From: Candidatus Nomurabacteria bacterium
GTDB taxonomy: Bacteria; Patescibacteriota; Saccharimonadia; Saccharimonadales; HK-STAS-PATE-42
Length of the DNA stretch: 64,000 nucleotides
Direction: 5' to 3'
Assembly: GCA_023898665.1 (NCBI GenBank)
Contig: CP060233.1
Coordinates: 420,368 to 484,367 of the forward strand
Each line of letters starts with the position of its first letter. Positions within the stretch are counted from its first letter, which is position 1. Made by a program: the position numbers and the translations under genes. The notes beneath the pieces were generated by a model. It made no database searches and was not told the DNA's origin. It worked only from the letters and a program-made list of their open reading frames with translations. Of the stretch, positions 54,609 through 63,534 are shown piece after piece.

Positions 54609-55541
54609 TTACCAGCTGGAGCCTCCACCACCTCCTCCGAAGCCTCCTCCACCCGAGAATCCCCCGCCACTAAATCCGCCTCCTCCACCGAAACCAGAAC
54701 CTCCTGAACCTCCTCCACCGAAATACCAAGGCATAATATAGTTAGAATCTTTCTTTTTTCTCTCAGCATGTTTTTTATAGTTTTTTGATAAAAAATAATC
54801 TGTTATTAAACCTAGTGGAATTAGTACAAAGCTTAAGATTATTAGGATTAAGAGTGAAGTGGTGATTGCAGCGACGATAGAAGAGAATATTAAGCCTAAG
54901 ATCCCACCTAACCACCAACTCTTGGAGCTAGCCATAATACTGGCAAGAAACTGAATAATAACTAGGACAATAATGATTCCAAAGATGATAAGGTCCGGAT
55001 TCTGTTTTTTTGGCTGCTCTTTGGCTTGATATTCTCCTTTAGTTGCCTGAGATATTGCTGAAACTCCTGCCGTTAAACCTTCAAAGAACTTATTTTCTTT
55101 AAACTTAGGCGCAATTTCGTCTCTTGAGATTTGGCCTGTCAAAGCATCTGGTAAAGCACCTTCAAGACCAGTTCCTGTTCCGATAAATATTTTTTTAGGA
55201 TTTGTTAGTGAAACGATGATTATTACTCCGTTATTATACTTTTTAGTGCCTATTCCCCAAGCTCTACCAACTTCTACGGAAAATTGTGCAGGATCTTCAC
55301 CTTCTAAATCTGAAGAGGTAAAAATACCAATTTCATTTGAACTTTCATTTTTCAAAGTTTGAATTTGGTTATTTAAGCTTAATTCCTCTTCGTCGGATAG
55401 GATATTCGCTGCATCTAAAATATACCCCGAACTTGGAGCTTTTGGAACCTCAAGTGCAAAGGTTCTATTCACAAAACCTAAGAAGACAAAAACAATAGCT
55501 AAGACTACAACTTTTAATGAGTTAAGCTTAAATCTATTCAT
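54609..55541 (-). CDS. TPM-domain protein (YgcG-like) with TM helices and Gly-rich tail
   Basis: 310 aa. Signal peptide, TPM domain (ILDAANILS...EIGIFT...WGIG...NNGVIIIV...GTGLEG), two TM helices and the tail GGGGSGGSGFGGGGGFSGGGFSGGGGFGGGGGGSSW. Confidence 0.8.
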   Translation of the reverse strand: MNRFKLNSLKVVVLAIVFVFLGFVNRTFALEVPKAPSSGYILDAANILSDEEELSLNNQIQTLKNESSNEIGIFTSSDLEGEDPAQFSVEVGRAWGIGTKKYNNGVIIIVSLTNPKKIFIGTGTGLEGALPDALTGQISRDEIAPKFKENKFFEGLTAGVSAISQATKGEYQAKEQPKKQNPDLIIFGIIIVLVIIQFLASIMASSKSWWLGGILGLIFSSIVAAITTSLLILIILSFVLIPLGLITDYFLSKNYKKHAERKKKDSNYIMPWYFGGGGSGGSGFGGGGGFSGGGFSGGGGFGGGGGGSSW

Positions 55542-55546
55542 AATTT

Positions 55547-55578
55547 ACCCCTCACCCAACCTCTCCCAAGAGAGAGAT
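55547..55578 (+). repeat. intergenic hairpin repeat, copy 2 (degenerate)
   Basis: ACCCCTCACCCAACCTCTCCCAAGAGAGAGAT lies between lemA and the TPM gene. The stem is reduced to 5 bp. Confidence 0.4.
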
Positions 55579-55586
55579 TTGGTTTA

Positions 55587-56201
55587 TTAGAACTCCACAA
55601 CAGGAGTGTTCTCTGCTCCATTAGCTGCCTCAAAGTATGGCTTTTGATCAAAGTTAAAGACTCCAGCAAGAATTACAGTTGGGAATCTCTTAACCTTAGT
55701 GTTATAGGCTCTCAGGGTATTGTTGTAATCAACGCGGGCAGTTTGGATTCTATTTTCAGTTCCTTCGAGCTGAACTTGAAGATCTTGGAAGCTCTTTGTT
55801 GCTGTTAATTGCGGGTAACTTTCAGCTACTGCAAGGAGTCTTCCGAGGGCTTGGCTTAATTCTCCTTGAGCGTTTTGATAGTCTTGAAGTTGCTGTGGAG
55901 TGGCTTTTGTTGGGTCAATTGTAATTTGAGTTGCTTTAGAGCGTGCTTCAACAACTTTTGTTAAAGTCTCCTGCTCAAAATCTGCTGCACCTTTTACTGT
56001 GTTGACAAGATTTGGAATTAGATCAGCCCTTCTTTGATACTGAGTGTCTACTGTAGAAAAACTGCTTTCTACTTTTTGATCTGCACTAACTAAGCTGTTA
56101 TATCCTGCTACAACCCATAGCAGTATAACCACTAAGACTAATGCTATTATTCCCCATGTCGTTTGTTTCTTATTAAGTTCTTTTCCTTTAACTTTAACCA
56201 T
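55587..56201 (-). CDS. lemA: LemA-family protein
   Basis: 204 aa. N-terminal TM helix, YNSLV...V...SFSTVDTQYQRRADLIPNLV...E...L.G.ENRI..AR..YN, and the classic LemA-TPM gene pair. An AGGAG SD is present. Confidence 0.85.
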   Translation of the reverse strand: MVKVKGKELNKKQTTWGIIALVLVVILLWVVAGYNSLVSADQKVESSFSTVDTQYQRRADLIPNLVNTVKGAADFEQETLTKVVEARSKATQITIDPTKATPQQLQDYQNAQGELSQALGRLLAVAESYPQLTATKSFQDLQVQLEGTENRIQTARVDYNNTLRAYNTKVKRFPTVILAGVFNFDQKPYFEAANGAENTPVVEF

Positions 56202-56256
56202 AAAAACTCTCCTAATAAAATTAAGCTTAATTTTAATATTAGTATATACAATTAAC

Positions 56257-57690
56257 TTATATTTTGTCGCTCTGAGCTAATTTTGCCCATTCTTTAAGAT
56301 CATCAATAAGTTGCAGTTTTTTCTTGGATAGTTTGGACTTTGATAATCTATCTAAATTATTTAAATACACTTCTAAAGATGGTGTCCCTGCAGATCCATT
56401 AATTAATTTGTTATTTTTGTACTCTATATACTCAAGCTTCTCAGCTTCACTAAGCGAGTCGGGAAAATTACGTGCTTTATACAAGGTAAATAATTTTGAT
56501 AACCTTGGATCCTGGAAAGCAAAGTTAGAAGATTTTAAATCTTTTTCTCGAGCTGACCTTACTGCTGATATTTGGTTTCTATCAACATCTGGTAAAAATC
56601 CGTCATAAAGTTGTAGATCAGGATCTTCTTTTGGTGGGAATTTACCATCTTCTGGTTTATATGCCTGATACACTTTTTGGGCAAAAGCTGGGAGACCCTT
56701 TTTTAATTTTTTTAAATTATCATTAATTTGCTGTTGAGATAAGTTAATTCTTTTTTGAGCAGGAGGAGTTAATACTTCTAGTGGAGCAATAGCAGGGCAT
56801 TTGTTAAATTGAACCATTTTTACAGGCAATCTAGCTTCTTCATATTGTCCTAAGTTATTCCGCTTTGTATAGGTAAGTCTTTTTAATTGGGCTGGTGAGA
56901 GGTTTAAAAACTCTGTTGGATCATGACGAAGATCATAGACTAAGACTCCACCTGCTCTACCTGGAGTTGGACATAAAGGATAAATTACACTAGTTTGCAA
57001 ATTCTCGCTTGGAAATCGAGAAGTTGTGTGCACTATTGGTTTGGGAGCCTCAAGGTCTAAATAACTTTCAACTATTTTTTTATCTTTTAAGTTGAGCAAA
57101 AAATCAAACAATTTAGGGGCTTTCTGTTTTATTAATCTAGCAATATCCAAAGTTACCTCGACGTCGCTTAAGGCATCATGAGCATTTATATGAGCTAAAT
57201 TGTTAACTTTTGCAACTTCTCCAAGAACATTTGTTGGTGTACCATCAACCTTAAATGGCCAATTTATACCCTCTGGCCTCAAAGCTCTAGTCATTCTTAC
57301 TAGTGTAATAACGTCCCATCTTGAACGTCCATCTTTCCATTGCCACTCGTATGGATCATAAAAGTTCCTCCACAAGGTATACCTCATGACCTCATCATCA
57401 AAAACTATAGTATTATAACCAGTAACTACGGTATCTGGTAGTAACAACTCTTCATGTAACTTTTTTAAAAATTCTGGTTCGCTCAGTCCACTTTGAGTGG
57501 ACTGCGGGCTTATACCAGTAACTAAAGTTGCTTCCGGAAGAGGTAAGATTTCGGGACTTAACTTAATTATCCAGTTTACTCTTTTTATCTCTTTTAGATT
57601 TTGGTCTGTAAGTACAGCTGCAAATTGTAGTGGGCGATGGGCTCCGTGGTGCAATCCAGAAGTCTCAAGGTCATAAAACAGAAAATTCAT
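56257..57690 (-). CDS. sbcB: exodeoxyribonuclease I
   Basis: 477 aa. DEDDh exonuclease motifs FYDLETSG, YNTIVFDDEV and NAHDALSDV, plus an SH3-like and helical C-terminal domain. Confidence 0.85.
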   Translation of the reverse strand: MNFLFYDLETSGLHHGAHRPLQFAAVLTDQNLKEIKRVNWIIKLSPEILPLPEATLVTGISPQSTQSGLSEPEFLKKLHEELLLPDTVVTGYNTIVFDDEVMRYTLWRNFYDPYEWQWKDGRSRWDVITLVRMTRALRPEGINWPFKVDGTPTNVLGEVAKVNNLAHINAHDALSDVEVTLDIARLIKQKAPKLFDFLLNLKDKKIVESYLDLEAPKPIVHTTSRFPSENLQTSVIYPLCPTPGRAGGVLVYDLRHDPTEFLNLSPAQLKRLTYTKRNNLGQYEEARLPVKMVQFNKCPAIAPLEVLTPPAQKRINLSQQQINDNLKKLKKGLPAFAQKVYQAYKPEDGKFPPKEDPDLQLYDGFLPDVDRNQISAVRSAREKDLKSSNFAFQDPRLSKLFTLYKARNFPDSLSEAEKLEYIEYKNNKLINGSAGTPSLEVYLNNLDRLSKSKLSKKKLQLIDDLKEWAKLAQSDKI

Positions 57691-57752
57691 ATATAAATAC
57701 TATACCATTTGATTTGATAATTTGATTAAACATAGGTATTATAATATTCTTG

Positions 57753-58154
57753 ATGAAAGATAAAAAAATTAGGAGTAAGGCAAGCGAGGCACCCAAAGTA
57801 AAAAAGTTCTTAACATATTCTTTCTCTCTTCTTGCGGGGTTGACTTCCGTTTATAATGGATCAATAGGATGGAGTGTACTTAATGATCAGAATTCTACAG
57901 AAATCGCAAGTGTAAGACCTGATTCTGCTCTAGCGTGGGGGATAGAACATCACCGTACTTTTACAGCTATAGCTTTTTTTGGATTGAGTGCTTGTTGTGC
58001 GTATACTACACTTAAAATGATAGAAAATACTCTAGATCATAAAAGAAAAGGTGGTGAAGAGGATGTGTATATGTATTCAGTTTTAAGACCTGAAGTATTT
58101 GATAACCCAGCAATTAATTACGAGCCTGAAGCTACAGTTCAAGTAGAGAATTAA
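57753..58154 (+). CDS. membrane hypothetical protein
   Basis: TATAAT at 57740-57745 is followed by 7 nt and ATG 57753 (leaderless). Two predicted TM helices. Confidence 0.4.
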   Translation: MKDKKIRSKASEAPKVKKFLTYSFSLLAGLTSVYNGSIGWSVLNDQNSTEIASVRPDSALAWGIEHHRTFTAIAFFGLSACCAYTTLKMIENTLDHKRKGGEEDVYMYSVLRPEVFDNPAINYEPEATVQVEN

Positions 58155-59056
58155 ACTGCTTTGCCGGCTGAGCCGAAAGCTTTGATTTTTTCTTCTACTA
58201 CTTTCTGAGTTGCTTCTTCTACTGATTTCATCAACTTCATGACAGAATATTCATCTGGATGATTCTTCAGTGCTTCTTCTAAGGCTCGCCTGTGAGCAAC
58301 TCTTATATCCGTATTGATGTTTATTTTAGAAACTCCAATTTTCGCAGCTTCTTCAAAGTAAAATAGAGGTGTACCAGAGCCCCCATGCAGGCTAACTGAG
58401 CAGGGTACAGCATTGCATATAGATTCTAGAAGTTTTAAGTCTAACTGTTTTGGTACTTTATAACTTCCATGCAAATTTCCTACTGATGCGGCAAATATAT
58501 CAATATCAGTATTATGAACAAATTCCAAAGAAGTTTTCGGATCAGAGAATGTCTTTTTTACTTCTTCATAATCCACATCTTCATCATGGAGATTTGAACT
58601 TCCTGCAAAATAATGCATTTCGCTTTCGACAATTGCTCCAGTAAAGCGAGCATACTCGGTGACTTGTTTTGTTTTTTGAATTATTTCATCAAGTGAAGCT
58701 CCATGATCGGACTGAGAAATGTCTATGTGTACAAACTCGAAGCCTAAATCTATTGCTTCTTTAGCAAGTTTGACAGACGGGCCATGATCTAAATTTAAGT
58801 ATGCTTCAACTCCCCATTCTTCTTTGTAGTTATCAACTAAGTCCCGGGCATTTTGTAAGCCAATCTCTTCAGCTTCTGACTCACTTAAGTTGATGATAAC
58901 AGGTGCCTTAAGCTCCTTGGCTGCACGAAGAATTGCAACTAGAATATCTTGAGAGTCGATGTTAAAAGCTCCTACAGCAAACCTTTGCTGATGAGCACGG
59001 AGTAATAATTGGCGTGCTTTTGAAGTTGATTCTCTAATTTCTTTAATGCTTGCCAC
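58151..59056 (-). CDS. fba: class II fructose-bisphosphate aldolase (ketose-bisphosphate aldolase family)
   Basis: 301 aa. AVGAFNI, LNLDHG, HIDIS, GNLHG, SLHGGSG and INTD motifs of class II aldolases. Confidence 0.85.
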   Translation of the reverse strand: MASIKEIRESTSKARQLLLRAHQQRFAVGAFNIDSQDILVAILRAAKELKAPVIINLSESEAEEIGLQNARDLVDNYKEEWGVEAYLNLDHGPSVKLAKEAIDLGFEFVHIDISQSDHGASLDEIIQKTKQVTEYARFTGAIVESEMHYFAGSSNLHDEDVDYEEVKKTFSDPKTSLEFVHNTDIDIFAASVGNLHGSYKVPKQLDLKLLESICNAVPCSVSLHGGSGTPLFYFEEAAKIGVSKININTDIRVAHRRALEEALKNHPDEYSVMKLMKSVEEATQKVVEEKIKAFGSAGKAV

Positions 59057-59258
59057 GGGTTAAAAATCTTTACCACTATCAGATTTAATTTATATGCTTA
59101 AGTTTAACAGATAAGCCTTAAAAATCTCCAATTTTTTAAGCTAGTATAGTTACTCGGTGCAAACTTTTACGAAATTATAGATTCATGACGTAGGTAAGCT
59201 TTATTAAGTGTTGTGGCAAGCTTTTCTCATCCATATTAATATTTTAGTCTTGTTCATG

Positions 59259-59516
59259 CTATGGATCTAACAGAACTTTATCCTTTATTGTTATATTTAT
59301 TGTCTTATTTTGATAGTATTCTTTCTGTGATATCCACCAACAGATTAATTTTTTAAAGTGTATTTGATCGTTGATATGTGCAATAATTTCAATGACTACG
59401 GCATTACTATTTGTTGATATTTTTACATTAACACTTTGATCAAAAAAGCCCACAAGATTTTTAACGAATCTTATGAGCTCATATTGAACTATATAAGCAG
59501 GTTCTTCTGCTTTCAT
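59259..59516 (-). CDS. small hypothetical protein
   Basis: 85-aa ORF with no family recognised. Confidence 0.3.
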   Translation of the reverse strand: MKAEEPAYIVQYELIRFVKNLVGFFDQSVNVKISTNSNAVVIEIIAHINDQIHFKKLICWWISQKEYYQNKTINITIKDKVLLDP

Positions 59517-59586
59517 TGTTTAAGATTTGTGCCGCCTTTCGGAAAAAATGATAGGAAATCAGAAGTTTCGCTTTAAGTAATTATAG

Positions 59587-60519
59587 TTACTTCTTTTTAT
59601 TTTTACTAGACTTCTTTCTTGAAGGTGCTTTCTTTTTTGGTTTAGTATTTTTTTGAGCCCTCTGAAGCTTATTAGATTTTTGTTTTTTAACTTCTTCTGC
59701 ATTAGTTGTTACTTTGATGACTGGTTTTTTTGACTCCTCAAGAATAGCCTCTTTTTTCTCTATGTCCATTAAATAATACTGCTGGAAGATTGCAACTAAA
59801 GCTCCTGCGCCTAGATAAAAGCTAATTGCTCCCGCAACGCTTAAAGAAATCCAACCAAACAAAACAACCATAATGTATGGTGTGGCATTTGCAAGTTTTT
59901 CATTTGGATCTTCAATGTTATTCTTCTTATTTTTTGGCATAGTCTGTTTAACTTGGAAATACTGTAAAACTATTGAAACCAAGGCTATTATTAAAACTGG
60001 AACATAGACTTTGTTATTTGCAAAAGGCTTTAAAGCTAAATCTGCCCAATCTGCAAAAGTTGTAACCGCTTTTGAGCTCCCATTCAATACATCTTCCACA
60101 TAAGATAGATTTTTGACAGAAGAATAAAGCATATTGGACAAGTTAGCGGAGCCTTCAAACGCAACTTTGACAGCCGAATAAATTGCTATAAATAGAGGAA
60201 GCTGAATAACTAGGGTACCGATTGATGAGAACGGACTTATACCATGCTTTTTATACACAGCCATAGTTTCTTTATTGACTCTTTCGATTGTTGCTCTATC
60301 TTTTGAACCTTTAGCTTTTTTTCTAATTGCATTAATCTCTGGGGTAACTTTTTGCATTATTCTTGTTTGATGTATTTGCTTTTTAATAAGTGGCCACATC
60401 AATATTCTTACTAAAATAGTAAAGACCAGAATAGCCAAGCCTAAGTCATTGCCAGGCATAAAGCTTTGTATTAGAATCAGTAGGTTGAGAACAGGCTCAA
60501 CAAAAAGTGTATTCCACAT
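59587..60519 (-). CDS. yidC: membrane protein insertase YidC (short form) with Lys-rich tail
   Basis: 310 aa. GLAILVFTILVRILMWPL, MQKVTPEI..IRKK, five TM segments, and a highly basic C-terminal tail (ribosome-binding type). Confidence 0.85.
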   Translation of the reverse strand: MWNTLFVEPVLNLLILIQSFMPGNDLGLAILVFTILVRILMWPLIKKQIHQTRIMQKVTPEINAIRKKAKGSKDRATIERVNKETMAVYKKHGISPFSSIGTLVIQLPLFIAIYSAVKVAFEGSANLSNMLYSSVKNLSYVEDVLNGSSKAVTTFADWADLALKPFANNKVYVPVLIIALVSIVLQYFQVKQTMPKNKKNNIEDPNEKLANATPYIMVVLFGWISLSVAGAISFYLGAGALVAIFQQYYLMDIEKKEAILEESKKPVIKVTTNAEEVKKQKSNKLQRAQKNTKPKKKAPSRKKSSKNKKK

Positions 60520-60579
60520 ATTTATTTAAAGAGAATTATACCAAAAAAATGTTCTTTATAAAAATGTTAAAGTTAAGTT

Positions 60580-61077
60580 ATGAAGATTTTAGGGATTGAT
60601 CCAGGGACTGGTATTGTAGGCTTTGGAGTAATAGAGGTTAAGCCCGGGAATAAATATCACCTACTTGATGCTGGTGTTATAAAAACTCCAGTTAATCAAG
60701 AATTGCCAGAGAGGTTAGAAACAATTTATAAAGAATTGATTGACATTATTAAGCTTAATAATCCTGAACAGATTAGTGTGGAAAAACTATTTTTTTCTCA
60801 AAATGTAAAAACTGCAATTAGTGTTAGTCACGCCAGAGGTGTTGTACTTTTAGTTGCTCAACAACATAATCTTATAATTGCAGAATACACACCTCAGCAG
60901 ATTAAACAAGCATTAACAGGTTATGGTAAGGCAAAAAAAGATCAGGTACAGGCAATGGTCCAAACAATACTTCAGTTAAAAAATCCTATTAAGCAAGACG
61001 ACTGTGCTGATGCTATAGCTGCAGCGATTTGCCATGCGATGAGTATAGACAACTTAAATGTGGCAAGTTCTTTATAA
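60580..61077 (+). CDS. ruvC: crossover junction endodeoxyribonuclease RuvC
   Basis: MKILGIDPGTGIVGFGVI, SVEKLFF, GYGKAKKDQV and DCADAIAAAICH are RuvC catalytic motifs. Confidence 0.9.
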   Translation: MKILGIDPGTGIVGFGVIEVKPGNKYHLLDAGVIKTPVNQELPERLETIYKELIDIIKLNNPEQISVEKLFFSQNVKTAISVSHARGVVLLVAQQHNLIIAEYTPQQIKQALTGYGKAKKDQVQAMVQTILQLKNPIKQDDCADAIAAAICHAMSIDNLNVASSL

Positions 61078-61100
61078 ACGAGCTAGACTATTAGCTATAT

Positions 61101-61649
61101 ATGGCAACATCATCAACTCAAAATCATGAGAGAAATAACCTTAGAGGAATATCTGGCCAAAAACAGTCAGCACAAAAAGTCGCAAGTAAGAGAAAGACTC
61201 CTACAAGGTCAGAGCATCAAGTTTTAACTTTTATAGCTCAATTCATTAATCAGCATGGTTATGGGCCTAGCTATCGAGAAATTATGGCAGGATGTGGCTA
61301 CTCTACTCTTTCTGCTGTGAGCTTACATGTTGATGCCTTGGTTCATCTAGGTTATTTACAAAAAAAAGAAAGGGGAGCTCGAAGCTTAAGTCTTACAGAA
61401 AAAGCTAAAGCCCCTAAAGCTGTTATAGAAATAGAAAAGCAAAAAGCAGCTAGTTTAAAAACTTATGAAAAATGGCTAGTAGAAGAAGTAGAAAAAAAAT
61501 TTATGTCAGTAGAAGACGAACTCGATAATGTAGCCTTGGATAATCTCTACGTTTTAACTGGAGCTTTAAAAATACTTGGTTACGATGCTGCTGCCCTCTC
61601 GTTTAAGTCTAGGCTAAACGAAATTGTAGAAAAAATGAGAAAGATGTAG
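61101..61649 (+). CDS. LexA-type winged-helix DNA-binding domain protein without S24 peptidase domain
   Basis: HQVLTFIAQFINQHGYGPSYREIMAGCGYSTLSAVSLHVDALVHLGYLQKKERGARSL aligns with the LexA N-terminal domain. The C-terminal ~90 aa are helical and lack the Ser/Lys dyad motifs. Confidence 0.6.
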   Translation: MATSSTQNHERNNLRGISGQKQSAQKVASKRKTPTRSEHQVLTFIAQFINQHGYGPSYREIMAGCGYSTLSAVSLHVDALVHLGYLQKKERGARSLSLTEKAKAPKAVIEIEKQKAASLKTYEKWLVEEVEKKFMSVEDELDNVALDNLYVLTGALKILGYDAAALSFKSRLNEIVEKMRKM

Positions 61650-61653
61650 TTGG

Positions 61654-62460
61654 TTAAGAAAAATTTGAATTAATGATTGCTCCAAAACCAGCATTAAACT
61701 TTTTTAGCATAGATGCTCTGTCAGCTTTAGTTGTCATGGGGTGAGTAAGATATTTAAAGCTCATACCTAACGCCGTAACTAGATAAGTTGATCGTTCTAC
61801 TAAGCTTAGCTTTCTGTGTCCCGACTTCAAGTCTTCTTTGTAATCCATTACTGCGTCCATTAAGTTACCCGCAGACATTTGTAGCGACAGCCAATCTACA
61901 AAAAATGGAACACAATATTCTTTTTCGTCTTCAATCAGAATTGAACAGAGTAAATCAGCCATACATACAGCTTCTAAAACTCTTGTGCCAATAATGTCTG
62001 ATATATTAGCTCCCAAAGTCACAGCAGATCTCTGCTCGTACATAGAGTGGAGCATTGCATCCCAGCAAAACCTCAGTCTCTCTCTTTGCTCACCTCCGAT
62101 TGATTCTATGTCATCGCAGAGCACTTCCACTAAGTCATTTGGAAGCGTAGACCAAAATCCAGTGCCATCTGTGCCAAATAGAGGAAGTCCGTCAAATAAT
62201 ATTGGTCTGAATGTGTCCCAATGAGGACGATCCTTGTCGGCCTCTGTCGCATGGTCTATATAAACTGCACTTACTAATGTACTTAAAAGTAAAGAAAATG
62301 TAGTATCGGTAACTGAAACTACAGTTTTTGCCTCGCATTGGGCTTTTAAGAAATTCGAAGCTCCAGCATACTGGATGATTTTAGTATAGTTAGCATCCGA
62401 AGGACCAATTCCTCTTCTGGAAAGCTCAGTTTCAATACTGATTTGTGATAACTCTTCCAT
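61654..62460 (-). CDS. hypothetical protein (all-helical, Asp-rich motifs)
   Basis: 268-aa ORF with no family recognised. It contains LCDDIES and MDAVMDYKED motifs. Confidence 0.4.
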   Translation of the reverse strand: MEELSQISIETELSRRGIGPSDANYTKIIQYAGASNFLKAQCEAKTVVSVTDTTFSLLLSTLVSAVYIDHATEADKDRPHWDTFRPILFDGLPLFGTDGTGFWSTLPNDLVEVLCDDIESIGGEQRERLRFCWDAMLHSMYEQRSAVTLGANISDIIGTRVLEAVCMADLLCSILIEDEKEYCVPFFVDWLSLQMSAGNLMDAVMDYKEDLKSGHRKLSLVERSTYLVTALGMSFKYLTHPMTTKADRASMLKKFNAGFGAIINSNFS

Positions 62461-62489
62461 AGAATCGGTCCCACCCGATTAAATATGGA

Positions 62490-63449
62490 TTATTTTTCAA
62501 GTTTAACTCCAGGGCCCATGGTTGGGGCTAAAGTAACAGTTTGAATGTATTCACCCTTGATTCCAGCAGGCTTAGATTCTTTTACGGCTTTTATAACCGT
62601 TTGGGCATTTTCAACAAGTTTTTCAGAAGTGAAACTTAATTTACCAACTCCTAAATGCACAATCCCTTGTTTATCTACACGGTATTCTACCTTACCGGCC
62701 TTAGCTTCTTTAACAGCTTTAGAAACGTCAGAAGCAACTGTTCCAGTTTTTGGGTTTGGCATTAGACCTTTTGGGCCAAGCAGACGTGCGTATTTGCTTA
62801 ATTTTGCCATTAATTGTGGAGTTGAGATAAGAACTTCAAAATTTACAGTTTCTTTATCTAATTGTTCAAGAAGTGTTTCCTCTCCAACTATATCTGCACC
62901 GGCATCTTTGGCTGCTTTATGTAAATCTGCTGGAGCGAATACAGCAATAGTTTTTGTTTTTCCTGTGCCATGTGGCAGAATCACTGTTCCTCTGATATTT
63001 TGGTCAGCATGCTTTGGATCTACCCCAAGCTTAATATGTAACTCAGCAGATCCTTCAAATTTAGAAGTACTTAGTTTTGGTAAAAGCCCAACAGCATCTT
63101 TAACTGTGTAGTTTTTATCAGGATCTATTAATTTTTGTACTTCTTTATATTTGTTAGATCGTCTTTCTAGTTTAGATCGTGTAATTGGTTTTGGACCTTT
63201 TTTTAAAACTACTTCTTCTCCAGAAGCGATTTTTTCTTTTCTTTCATCTTTAGCAGCTTTTTCTTCAGCTTCTTTTATAGCTTTGGCGGAACGCTTACCT
63301 GCTTTTGCTACTTTTTGCTCAGATTTTTCTTCTGCGCTAAACTCTTGGGCACTTTTTATTGCATCTTCTATCTCTGCAACTGTGTTTTTTTCTATTACTT
63401 CTAGCCCAAGCTTTCTTGCCTGTTCTATTAGTTCTGACTTCTTAGCCAT
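62490..63449 (-). CDS. rplA: 50S ribosomal protein L1 with ~88-aa N-terminal extension
   Basis: The core from ~aa 90 (KYKEVQKLID..YTVKDAVGLL...HIKLGVDPKHADQNIRGTVILPHGTGK) aligns with L1. The N-terminus SELIEQARKLGLEV resembles an HeH/Rho_N-like motif followed by a K/E-rich linker. Confidence 0.9.
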   Translation of the reverse strand: MAKKSELIEQARKLGLEVIEKNTVAEIEDAIKSAQEFSAEEKSEQKVAKAGKRSAKAIKEAEEKAAKDERKEKIASGEEVVLKKGPKPITRSKLERRSNKYKEVQKLIDPDKNYTVKDAVGLLPKLSTSKFEGSAELHIKLGVDPKHADQNIRGTVILPHGTGKTKTIAVFAPADLHKAAKDAGADIVGEETLLEQLDKETVNFEVLISTPQLMAKLSKYARLLGPKGLMPNPKTGTVASDVSKAVKEAKAGKVEYRVDKQGIVHLGVGKLSFTSEKLVENAQTVIKAVKESKPAGIKGEYIQTVTLAPTMGPGVKLEK

Positions 63450-63534
63450 AATTCCTTAGATGTTCCTTTCAGTGGTGCAAACGATTAGATATAATCTCTA
63501 ATCTCCCACATATTTAAGTTAATTTGTATCCGTT

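Noticed and set aside
54609-54720. Short-period GGN/CCN repeat suspected to be a tandem DNA repeat or CRISPR-like array
   Set aside because: It is the coding sequence of the Gly-rich C-terminal tail (GGGGSGGSGFGGGGGF...) of the TPM-domain protein. There is no spacer-repeat organisation.
216-60580. Recurring TTAAGTTTAG / CTAAACTTAA / TAAGCTTA strings in many intergenic regions, suspected to be a dispersed repeat or mobile-element end
   Set aside because: They occur in both orientations immediately next to start codons. They are explained by the -10 hexamer TAAACT (or its complement from a divergent promoter) plus an AT-rich discriminator. No flanking inverted repeats or target duplications were found.
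62545-63459. 188-aa and 102-aa plus-strand ORFs (62545..63111, 63151..63459)
   Set aside because: They are antisense to the ribosomal protein L1 gene. Ser/Ala/Phe-rich low-complexity translation is typical of the antisense of Lys/Glu-rich genes. The same reasoning applies to the other shadow ORFs in the track, for example 1762..2016, 3983..4289, 14238..14570, 19651..19956, 21321..21671, 28752..29009, 29799..30384, 33264..33611, 35472..35810, 36965..37303, 50714..51052 and 56324..56608.
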